A DNA stretch of 64,000 nucleotides from Yuukianura sp. NJ FZ-2021 (Eukaryota), in NCBI GenBank assembly GCA_046563655.1, contig CM102290.1:2666001-2730000 (forward strand), in the 5' to 3' direction. The notes below the pieces were generated by a model that did not search any database, had not been told where the DNA came from, and saw only the letters and a program-made list of their open reading frames with translations. This document shows positions 14,205 to 25,200 of this stretch, in pieces. Each line of letters opens with the position of its first letter. Positions within the stretch are counted from its first letter, which is position 1. A program made the position numbers and the translations under genes.

Positions 14205-14461
14205 TCTCAATCTCAAACGCAAATCACAAGTCAACAAGCGACAAGCGAAAAACAACTATCCAAATTCTTAGTAAAGGTTTCGGTATTCCTTATTACAAGA
14301 AAATAGGCTAAGCCAGGCAAGAATGCAATGTATAAATTTCAATGAATGAATCAATGTTATTTAAAGTAAACGGCGATACTAATGAATGTACATTTGCAAC
14401 CTATTAGCTTAATTTAACAGCAATTACAAACCAGGGTCTTAACTAACAAATATGGTAAAAA

Positions 14462-15858
14462 CTAGTGTCTCGCTTTTAGTTGCTCGACTTGAACTACTGG
14501 ATTTGCTGGACGTGTAGCCGCTGCTGCGGCATTCTTAGATCGTTCTAGTAAGAATTTAAAAGTTGGTCTCGGGCATTTGGTTCCAAATATTCTGCTCAAT
14601 CCGTCTCGAGCGGCCATTTCTTGAGCAATTTCCACTGATTCGCCAAATCCTAATTTAAAAAAGCAACAAAAATTCGTAAGCTTCTTATAACAAATGATTT
14701 GATTTATTAGCATTTGTAACCTGTTCCAATGAGTTTCTTCTCTGGTGTGTACAGACCCACGATGAAAACGGAAAGCAGCGTATTTTTGCCGGCCTCACGA
14801 AGGAGACGGGCTTCGAACGTTTCTCCCTTGGAACTCATTATGTCCGTCAGCATACCCAATGGTTTGGGAACATCCCAAATTTCATTTACATCCTTGTCAC
14901 AAAGATGTGTTATGACAAAGTCCTCAATGAAAGTATTCACACGCTCACGTCCAGATGACTTTTCAATGGCCGACAACAGCGCACAAAAACTCCGAGCAAA
15001 AGTTTCATCACTTGGTGGTATGTCCTAAAATATTCAAATCGAAGTGGATTTCCAGTTTCATAGATTGTAATTTCTTCTAAATCCTAGAATTTGCTCTTCA
15101 GACTTACAACACATTGAATTAGGTCTTTCATTCCAATCTGAGCTGCAATATTTGATAGAACTTTATCTGACACGAGGTATTCCTGAACTGCCCTAAAACC
15201 AACATGAAATCGAGGAATCGAGAGAATTCTTATTATGAGCAATTATACATTATCACTCACTTAATTCCTTCCTCAGGAAATAGTGGAAACTCGGAGATGA
15301 GAACGTTTTGAATATGCTGAAGAAGTGTCCGCCCCTCAGATGACATGTATTCGTTGTCTTTCATAACTAAACCCTCTACGTTTAGGCCAACTTCTTCTTG
15401 ACGCTGTTGTTCTTTTACTACGTATGCTTTATCCGTAAGAGCTTGACGCAGCAAGGAATCTTCCACGTCTTCGTTCAGCCTCTTGCAAAAGGCAAATAGC
15501 TCCGCATTGTAGTTCCTGTTTGAATAATTTGAATGACACTTTTATAAATATTCTCAACTAATCTTGTCAAATTTTTGAGAAATAAGGTTAAAAAAAATTT
15601 AGACGAATTCGAACCTTACTCACTACAATCTGCGCGTGTAACACCTATTCCTTCTGTTTCGAAAAATTAAATTATGTACCAGTCTAGAAATGTGTTCCGA
15701 TGAGCCAGTGGTTTTGGAACCGGATTTTTCTTTTCTTGCTTTATTCGCCTGCTCCGAAGAGAATATATCATCGCACTGACATGATTATGGACGCTTCTGG
15801 AAGGACCTACATTGGTAAGCAAACTTTTTCGAAATAGTATTGGGATTATACGATTCAT
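14462..15858 (-). CDS. mRpL44: Mitochondrial ribosomal protein L44 (mL44), 5 exons
   Basis: RNTFLDW/NYNAELFAFCKRL, LLRQALTDKAY, FIEDFVITHL, EARLLREAGKNTLLSVFIVGLY, GFGESVEIAQEMAARDGL match the RNase III-like plus dsRBD architecture; basic N-terminal presequence. Confidence 0.92.
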
Positions 15859-16417
15859 CTCCGGTGCAGTGTGAACCAAAACACAGCTTGATCAGTTAAT
15901 TCCGTCTCCGCCTTCCTTCACGAAATAACAGAAGATAGATTGATTGATTAGTAATCCACGCTAGAATAAACATAAATCAGTGATTAATCGTGCATAAATA
16001 CCTCGTTTCACTGCTTTCTTCAAGTCGAATGTTAGGTAAGGCGAATCTCGATTAACCTTATTAGCTGATTAGCATTATTAGTAGCTCCGATCCGTTGTTT
16101 TTGATTGATATATGGGCAAGCACAGATAACAACGGCAAAGTACTTGACTGACCTAACAATTTACGATTAGTAACGTATTCGATTGGAAACTGTGATTGTG
16201 AAGTCAGAAACCACAAACCAGAAGTGGCGGCAGGGCACAAAGCACAATAACAAAAACACATGACACAGGAAGGACGGAAACAGGATAGCGGCATAGGACT
16301 TGAATTTTAATTTAACAATTTGCCGCCCACAACGCCACGGTACAAAGCTAGGGCAAATAGAGAATGAACGAAACAAATTAGTTCTACTCAACAGTTATTT
16401 TTAACATTCACCATTAT

Positions 16418-17129
16418 TTATTTGAGGCCACATTCATGAATCATGGCTGCAAGCTGTGTTTCATCTAAACAATATACAAAATGTGTCCAACTAATGAGGC
16501 AAAAGTCTAACTGTTCGGGCGTAACGCAGTTGAAAATGCTGTGAGCAATCTTTACTTTGATGTCCGTTTCCCTCTTGTAAGCCTCTCGGATTTGAATTCC
16601 AGTATCGCCTACAAAATCGTTAGTTCGAGGTTATACGATGTAAAAACGCGTAGTTAAAGATGGGTGCCAATGCCAAATGTAGATGCTTACGGAAGGCTGC
16701 ATAAGTCCAAGTGAGAAACGGAACGGCATTTGGTGTCTGCTTATTTAATTCGTAGAGACTGGACAGTTGTTCCGAATACGCTTTTAGTTTCTTCTCAACG
16801 AGTTCACTCTGTAATACAAATTGACAACCGTAAGAACCGCAAAGTTACGTTCTAATCATCATTCATCAGTGTCTGCATCCTAACCATTTCCTTGATGATG
16901 TTACCCAGTGATTCCATGTCCGACTCTGCCTTCTCACTGTGAAGGAATGGTTTTTGTTAATTAGGAATAACGTACATAATTAAAATGGTTTGAGTTACCC
17001 TGAAGCTTGTATTCTTTGTAAAACATTGACTCCCTTCAGTACTAAACTCTTGTAGGATTGGCATGTGCTATGGATATTGACTACGGTGTCATTCAAAATG
17101 CGTTTCGAACCTGACAACGCACGGCTCAT
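16418..17129 (-). CDS. CINP: CDK2-interacting protein (CINP)-like, 163 aa; exons 17129-16999, 16936-16885, 16808-16691, 16608-16418
   Basis: Hand-spliced: MSRALSGSKRILNDTVVNIH...VPFLTWTYAAFRDTGIQIREAYKRETDIKVKIAHSIF...FCLISWTHFVYCLDETQLAAMIHECGLK*. This resembles recalled CINP motifs (LS.S.R.I.D; P.F.TW...F......YRKE...K; W.H..Y; M..E.G). All three introns are GT-AG and phase-consistent. Confidence 0.8.
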
Positions 17130-17482
17130 CGAGATTTGACCCGTCTTAACTCACGATACACTGTTCTTTGTCTAACTGCAAAATGAAAGCAAATTAGTTC
17201 GACCAGGATCTAAATTCTAGCATCACATTAGGCTTATATTAGATGGTCATGAGAAATTAAACTTACTAAAAGGGTCGTATTTGATTACTTCAATTTTATC
17301 GGCTGTTCGCTCCCTCATCCAAATAAATTGGTGTCCACTGGTTACACTTTCTACCAGGACGTTGATAGTCCTGAAAATACCAAAGGAAATGTAACGTTAA
17401 CGTTCAGAAGGATATTTGAAACAGTCATGTCAACAACTTACTTGCTCTTTACTTTCTTCAACAAAACGTTTGTCAGCAACAT
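17126..17482 (-). CDS. mRpL33: Mitochondrial ribosomal protein L33 (bL33m), 64 aa; exons 17482-17442, 17370-17267, 17175-17126
   Basis: Hand-spliced: MLLTNVLLKKVKSKTINVLVESVTSGHQFIWMRERTADKIEVIKYDPFIRQRTVYRELRRVKSR*, closely resembling insect mRpL33. Confidence 0.93.
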
Positions 17483-17745
17483 AACCCTGCTGGACACCGG
17501 CGTGTGTTGATTTTAGTGTAGCTAAGCTAGTGCAGGAATGAGAACCAATTGCCAAATCCACCGAGTAATTATCCTATCCGTAACTTAAATCCAATCTTCA
17601 ATTTCTTTTCAATTAACTTTAAGCTTTGCTCAAAAAACCACGGTTACTTGTTCGCTTCAGCAATCAGCAAGGGCGAATTTCGGGTTGAAGTAAACTTGAG
17701 TCCCCCGCCTGTCCCCACCACCCGTTCAAATTTTCGCGCTGCTTC

Positions 17746-18443
17746 TAGAGTATTGCAGGGCGCCCTACTGAGCAGGGTAACCCTGTACCCGACCGATACC
17801 CTATTGGTACTGGGCGGGCGGACAAAATGTCGAAAAGGTCACGGGCGGGCGGGTGTTGGAAATTCTCGGAATTGTTGGACAGGGTATGGGCGGGTATGAA
17901 ACCAACAGGGTACAGGGTACCCTGAAATACCCTGTTGAAAGCATTTTAGACAGCCACCCGCAGTACAGTAAAGGAAGTTGGCGGCGTCTCATTAATTTGA
18001 ATCAATGATTTTGTCTACAGCTTTTTCGTTATCAAATCTCCACCTTCGACCAATCACGCGACAAGTTATATTTTGTACCCAAGACCACAATTAACTTATT
18101 TCACTTGTTTATGTTTCATTTTTACGGTCGACTGAAGTTAATTTAAATGATATGCGTTGCTTACGACTCCTCATTGATAAAATGAGTGTAGTTTTTGTAT
18201 ATAAAAGGTACTAAATAATTTAAACTTGTTGATAAGGTATTAGCGGGTGTTGAACCGGTCAGATAAGGGTAATTCAGGGTACCCTGTTGGGCGGACGGGT
18301 ATTTCTTAGTTCTTTAGGAACAGGTCACAGGGCGGGCGGACACATATTCTAGGAATTTGCGGGCGGGCGGGTATTGGGGACGCTGACCTACTGCGGAGTT
18401 GGACAGGGCGGGTAGTAAAGAATGGCTGCCCTGCAATACTCTA
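17746..18443. mobile_element. hAT-type MITE, 698 bp
   Basis: Perfect 16-bp terminal inverted repeats TAGAGTATTGCAGGGC...GCCCTGCAATACTCTA, an exact 8-bp target-site duplication GCTGCTTC (17738-17745 and 18444-18451), and subterminal GGGCGGGCGG/CAGGGTA repeats. Confidence 0.92.
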
Positions 18444-19126
18444 GCTGCTTCAATTGTACCCACCCACTATCCCCACTGGATGGATGCATTTGTCCCCACC
18501 ACAACCAAAAGCAGTATGTCCACCCAGCGGCAGTACAGTAACCTCTCAAGCTGGCAACGTTTTTTTCTTTTTGATTTCGTAAATCCTGCTATATTTTCCC
18601 GTTTGGTCAATAACTCTTTTAGAGCTTATCGAGACATGCGTAATGAGAATAGTCATTCAAAACGCGACTAAAGTCTTAAGTAAGATTAGAGTAAAGTTTG
18701 GAGAGACGAAAGCTACATTCGCTGTGGATCTTTTGTTTTTGATAGCAGAGATTTTGAGTCAGGAATCATTCGGTATTGATTCCAGTATGTGAATATTGAG
18801 GACTGTTAAAACGCAAAATGACAAATACCTATACGTATTAATATCATAACTGTATTGAGTATTGTCCGAATTCATTAAATTCAAGGGTCACTATGAATCT
18901 GATAACCTCTGGTCTATTTAAATCTTGACTATAACCTCAACTAAAACTCTAAACAACAATTTAGGATTAGATTTGCTAAATATGGTAAGTATGCGTGCTA
19001 TACATTTATATTGGTTAGAAAACTGGCGCTAGGATTATTATTTAGTAATTCGTCATTTGTTGGGTACATTGCGAAGAATGATTTTCGTTTGAACGCATAA
19101 CGGAAGAAACTACTAATTTGGTGACA

Positions 19127-19868
19127 TCAGGCTGTCGCGCTAAATTGGTTGACGCTCATCCCTCCAGAACTTGGAACAACGTGAAGACATTGACTGGTAG
19201 CGGGGCGATGGGATGGATATAAAATGGCCATGATGTGGTTGAATCCTTGGATGGCTTTAGTACAGTTCTTTCGAAATCGTTCTACTCCGAAGCCCTCTAT
19301 CGCTCGTCGGAATCCAAATATTTGGGAATCGATTTGTGCATGACGGCGAACCAGGGTTTGCGATTGATTTTCTGGATTTATCGTATAGACGACATTTTCA
19401 CTAATGCCCTTCACAATGAAAATAAAATAATTGAAATTAACCTGAAAAGTAACCACTGTGCTAACGTTAAGTAGTAATTGCTGACTCACCATTACTCTGG
19501 TGTAACCGACGTTGCGTGTGAATGTTTTGATTGTCTTGTCTTTAGGATTAATATACGAATCCTCAATGATGGACACGATGGTTTTCTGCACAAATCGTTC
19601 ACCCCATTTTGGAACAGAATTTGTCTTTGTAATAAGTCTTCTTGTGAATAAGGAATCCCCTTGAATTTCTCGATGCACCGTGTCCTCCGATAGTACATGT
19701 GTACTGCAAGAAAGTATAACACACAAAAAAAAACAATGAAATACCAAAACATTGATTCAATTTAAATAATACGTACCTGTATGGGTTGGGATATCTCAGC
19801 CAAAAGGCTTTCGCCACTTGGTCCCAAGTGTAATTGAACACGTTCGTTGAATCGAAGTACTTTACCAT
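19127..19868 (-). CDS. PRELID1: PRELI domain protein 1 (mitochondrial intermembrane-space lipid transfer), 3 coding exons
   Basis: MVKYFDSTNVFNYTWDQVAKAFWLRYPNPY/STHVLSEDTVHREI...TKTNSVPKWGERF...IIEDSYINPKDK...TRNVG...FGFRRAIEGFGVERFRKNCTKA. Confidence 0.93.
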
Positions 19869-20544
19869 TTTAAAATGAGACCCGTCCTAATGGAATTATT
19901 CCCACTTCTTCCTGGCTACTCAAGGTTGACGAAGACGATACGAATTGGTAGATTCACTAATGCCCTGTTGAATATAAATAGCCATTTTCAATTTATTCAA
20001 TTAGAATCATCCTTGAAAATCAAGTACCAGGTCAGAAACGAATTAAACAACCAGTCGGTCATATTCGTATCTAGCTGAAACAAAATAAAGAACAGCACGA
20101 TTTCTTTGTTTACTCACCTGTTTTTAGCGTAACCCCAAGCTTAGATGTGGAAGACAAAGTGCTCTGGAATCCGGACGTTAACTCCAGCATCATTTTTATC
20201 CCCTCAAATAAAGGTGTCAGTCACTTCAGCTTATCCATAAAGTTAAAGTGCAAAAGATTATTACTGTTGGTCATTCTGAATGATGTGAAATGATCGCTTC
20301 GCATGCTAACTTTCAAATTTTTTTGCGTTCTTAAATTACACCGGCGTACGGTGCTGTCAAGCAATGTTGCCAAATGAACGTGCGAAATTTGATGCGAAAA
20401 AGGATCCAAGCAATGTTTCTGGATATCCACTTTTTCGACATTTCATCCATTGCTGGACATGCTGTGTAAGAAATGGACAAAATGGATGCATCCAAAAGCG
20501 CGGACCTATACCAGCGGGGTTTGAATTAATTCAATTATATTATA

Positions 20545-20774
20545 CAGGGTGTGTCACGTAAAAGTAAACGCCTGAAATTCGTTGCTATGGGTAACTTGGC
20601 CCAAAACTGCAAACCATGCGGGGGGAATCGTAACAAATTCTGCTAAAATCTTTCTCATTCATAACGTTAACATCTTTTTCAGTTTGTATAATATTTGCAC
20701 CGTATCTCCCCCGTAATTTTTTAAATAAACAAAGAAATTATTTTTTCAGCGTTTACTTTTCACGTGGTACACCC
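20545..20774. mobile_element. Degenerate Tc1/mariner-type MITE
   Basis: TA then CAGGGTGTGTCACGTAAAAGTAAACGCCTGAAA on the left; imperfect inverse TTTCAGCGTTTACTTTTCACGTGGTACACCC on the right. Right terminus and TSD are decayed. Confidence 0.55.
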
Positions 20775-20804
20775 AAGCAAAATTCCAAATCTCAAACAGA
20801 TAAA

Positions 20805-21690
20805 AATTTTCAAAAGTTTATTTTCATTTTCAAAAACTTTGAAAATTCATAACTCGGCAACGGAAAGCGATAGAGAGGTAAACTCTTCGCTCCTGATTGA
20901 TTGATTGATTGATTTATTAACCACTGATTTTCCCACTAAACTTTTAACTTTTTGGAATTTGGAATTATGTTATTTAAAAAGAGTGATTTTCCTACTAAAC
21001 TTTTAACTTTTTGGAATTTGGAATTATGTTATTTAAAAAGAGTGATTTTCCTAAACTTTTAACTTTTTGGAATTTGGAATTATGTTATTTAAAAAGAGTG
21101 ATTTTCCTACTAAACTTTTAACTTTATGGAATTTGGAATTAGGTTATTTAAAATGAGTGATTTTCCTGCTAAAATTTTAATTCCTGAATTCACAAAAATA
21201 AGTAGTATTTCAAGAAATTTTAAAAAGGTACCCTCAGATTTTGACCAAATTTCACAAAAAACCATGGACTATAGTCTATGGTTTTTTTCAAAATTTCACG
21301 AAAAACTTGATGTTCCAGTTTGGAGTTTTCAATATTACTAAAAATTCTAAAAGTTTTTCGTGAAGAGATTAGATCTCTATCGCTTTCCGTTCACGAGATA
21401 TAAAATTTTAAAATTTCATTTTAATTTTCAAAAACTTGGAAAATTCATATCTCGGGAACGAAAGGTGATAAAGAGGTAAACTCTTCGCCGCTGAATTCAC
21501 AAAAGTATGTAGTACTTTTAAAAATTTTAAAAAGGTACCCTCAGATTTTGACCAAATTTCAAAAAAAACCATGGACTATAGTCCATGTTTTTTTTTCAAA
21601 ATTTGACGAAAAACTTGATGTTCGATTTTGAAGTTTTCAAAATTTTTAAAATTTCTTCATCTGTTTTGAAAGTTTTTCGCGCAGAGATTA
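20805..21690. repeat. Duplicated foldback units centred on the palindrome CCATGGACTATAGTC(C/T)ATG, with an internal tandem array
   Basis: Direct duplications 20830-20893 vs 21430-21492 and 21185-21370 vs 21492-21690. GGAAAGCGATAGAG recurs inverted as CTCTATCGCTTTCC. Palindrome centres lie near 21271 and 21578. Confidence 0.8.
20925..21182 (+). repeat. Tandem repeat, ~59-bp unit, about 4.4 copies
   Basis: Unit TGATTTTCCTACTAAACTTTTAACTTTTTGGAATTTGGAATTATGTTATTTAAAAAGAG, preceded by (TGAT)n at ~20894-20914. Confidence 0.92.
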
Positions 21691-22295
21691 AGTCTAAAAA
21701 AAAAAGATGTTCCGATTACTATGTTTAGGAACAAGCTTATTTCTGTTCTCAAGTCTGCTGCTTGGTACCTCAAAGGTACCATCAAATTATGTTTTTAAAA
21801 ATTAGATTGGTGTATCGAGAGTCACAAAAATTTATTTACCATTAGAACCTGTACTTAACTGCTTTGTGACTGAAACAGTAATAGAAATTTACCAAGTGGG
21901 ACACAAAACGAATGAGAAAACTGTTGTAAATGGGAAAACAGGAGACAATATTTACGGCAAAACAAAGGACGTTGAAAAGACAGAAGGCGAGATTAAAATA
22001 AATTGTATCAGAAGGATCTAATTACTAAGATAAAGGGAATGCTTTACAGGATTCTTGAATTTAATTTATCTAGTTGGTTCGCGGATAAAGGTAAAGGTAC
22101 ATTACCGGTAAGTTTGCAAGTTTTAATGGACAGAAATACATGAACCTAACGAAGGTCTTTAACAAAATAAGTACATAAACTAATTATAACATTTTTGGAT
22201 TTCCGGCGTTTCTCTTCTTGTTCAATTAAGGAACCAAAGTAAGTACCTCGTGTTTCCTTTCTCCAAGCTAAATCATCCGTAGTATTTTGTTTAGT

Positions 22296-25200
22296 CTACT
22301 TTCTCTTGAAATCAAACTCCACGTTTAAGATATATCGAAGCTGAACCTGTGCCACATCATAAACAATGTACCTATAAACCAGATAAAAACAATATATTAT
22401 CAATTAAAATCGCTTTCACTTTATGAAATTATGGGCATGAAATTAAAATTATGAAATTATATGAAATTAAAAGAAGTACTCATAAGAAGACATACTCATT
22501 GTAAAGCAAATCAGTTCGGACGCCGCTAGGAACCGGGGGTCCATAAGGAACTTTGATAGTTTTGTCGAGCATGGTAACCACTTTCGGGTCTGGGTGGGTT
22601 TGTCCAACACCAAGGACGCTTGCGTATCCTTTTGGAGCCTTGAGCAAAGTGTCTTTTGCAGAAGTAAGTCGTTTGCTATAAATGAAAATGAAGTTACGGC
22701 ATTTATAAAATACCATACATACGACAATGAGGATATTGCGAACGGCACTTACGACTCGCCAAGTGCCACTTGACACAAAAGCAACAACCCTGAGTTGGAC
22801 TCGGAGGACGGATAACAGTAATTTGCAGATTTCGAGACCATATCAGCGAAGTAAATCCCTTTCCCAAACATATATCCAGTGACGGGAGCTTCGGGAGGAG
22901 CAATTCGTAATCCCTGGAAGAGAAGACGTTCACACAATTATTCGCAATAAACAAAAACATGTGAGATTGGAATAATATTAATACATTTCAATCTCTTACC
23001 TGAGACAAAATACCAGCAAAGTTGGTTGTCCGTGAACCGTGCCAAAGCAGTTGATGATTCGGGAGCTTGCTGAAGGGTTCGAACCGATCTTGTTCCCCGC
23101 TGCGGTCCACCTTATAAATCTGTATTTAAAACCGTACAATTAAAAGCGAGCCATAAACACGAGAGTTTCCATTTCCAATGAGTTTCCAAAAAAATCTTAC
23201 ATGTTGTATGTTCAGCTGGTATTGGTTATGAGTAGCTGCATGGGTGTTCTTCAGGTACGTCTCGATCAAAGCATAATCCACGGAATTTTTCTCCAGTGGA
23301 TGAATAGCAGCATTCAGACGCTGGTAGTAGTCATCAACAACGTTTTCTTGAGATGTGCTCGGCGCACGAATCATTTCGTAAGCCAGCTCAATTTCCATAA
23401 GTTGTTCCAGCATAACCAGCTTCTCCTATAAAACATAAAGCCACGACACTGTTATACTATATTACATTCAGACCTGAGATGTGATGTCGGGCGTCTTTTA
23501 TTTGGCGTACCCGAACCATATCCTTCGTCTTCAAAACTGGAACTGATCCCATTCCGAGGTTGTGAGGAATGAGAGAGAAGAATTGGTTCGAAAAGTCGAT
23601 GATGAGCCGTTCGCCATTGGAAATGGCTGGTTTATCCAAAGTCCGACACAAATTATCCAGCAAAGAAAATGCTTTCAAAATTTGTTCCCGGCTTATTTTT
23701 CCCAGTGGCATTTTGTTGGTATCAATCTGAAAAGAAGTCATATTTATGAAAAAGTTTTTTCTTGAGAAGGACGAAAGATTTACTATACTTAATATGGATT
23801 GTTTTATTTACTTCGAACTCCATTAGAGTGCTTTGCATACGTTTGACGTCAAAAATAAGACAAACCAAATGCTGCACAGTGATTGGTAATTTGGACTTTT
23901 TGGTAACTGTCAGATCCGTCGTTTCCGCCTAAAATAAGAAAGGAGAGTCTTTCAATTAATTCAAGTAATAAGTACAATGTCGGATTTAACACTGACAGGT
24001 TTCTCGTAAGTGATATCCATCAGCATGTACATCCCAGGCTTCATAACAAAGGATTTGCCAAATTCGTTTCCAGTCTTATCTAAGTAGTGGTGCCTGAACA
24101 TGTCAATGACTTCATCCCGATCCAGATCTTCATCCAATTTTGAGCTGCCAACAGTGGTGCCAATCCGACCCCATGAGCGAAACAAGTAATATCTGAAAAC
24201 AAAGTTGAGTATGACTACCACTCTATTCCAGAAATATGGAAGAGATCCGATCCGGCCACTCTTAAACCTACCTTTTGTTCTTGGAACTGTCGCTTTCAAG
24301 TGCCTGAAGCTTGTAGTACGAATTCAGGTTTGAATCGATGTCAGTGCGTTTTAAAACCACACTGTACACAAGGTTGTCAGACTAAAAACGTAATGAGAAT
24401 GACAAAAAATAATAATTATTCAAATTATTCAAATAATTATAGCCGTGACTATAACTGAATTCCGCAAATTATCAAAGTACCACGGAGTCGAGCCAAGTCT
24501 TACTCCATTGTCATACCTTGATGACGTGTGTTTCAGCGGCAACGGGGCATTCTGGATCGACAACACTACCATCCTTCATCTTGAGTTTGACGCTTCCTCC
24601 TTCCGTTTCCAAGCTATTCCTCTCTATTCAGAACAAATGACAAACGACAACGTATGTGTTAGTTAGTATCCAAATCCGTAGCTGCAAAATCATTACATAA
24701 TTACAACTTTCTGCGAAACAACACCTAACAGTATTGCTTAAAATGAAACTAATGGAGGGCACAGAAAGAGCACTTCACTTACTGCGTTTTCGTGTTTCCC
24801 CATCTGTGCCTTCTGGAACGGATTTATCTATTTTTGCAATGAGTTCAGGAACAGACTCAACGGGAGTCCAGTTAGAAAGAAGGCAATCCTTCATATGCTG
24901 TATCATATTGGTTTCCTTTTTGAACAGTTGCAAGAAATCCCGTTTGAGGACAGGAATTCCATGCTTTTCGATTGTTCTAAAAAGCGGGGGCATCTTCCTT
25001 ACTTCGGCTATATGAATTAAGAAAAAAGAAAGCGGCAAGTTATTTGTGAACTTATAAATTCTCAGAAACGTCTTAGGTTTTCTAATATTACACTCGTTAG
25101 CGATCACGGCATTCACTACTAAAGGATCGAAACTGGGCACAATTTCTCCGCCAAAACTGGTTACAATGTCATCCATGTTCTTCAAGCTCTTTTTCGTGAA

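Noticed and set aside
13539..14255. 238-aa minus-strand ORF
   Set aside because: Antisense shadow of the K/E-rich coiled-coil exon; L/F-rich low-information sequence with a non-ATG start.
20925..21182. CRISPR-like regular repeats
   Set aside because: Head-to-tail units without unique spacers, no cas genes, eukaryotic context.
22360..22510. Apparent PARP1 truncation at LLYNEYVFL*
   Set aside because: The catalytic Glu codon is split by an intron (GA|G); the next exon restores YIVYDVAQV.
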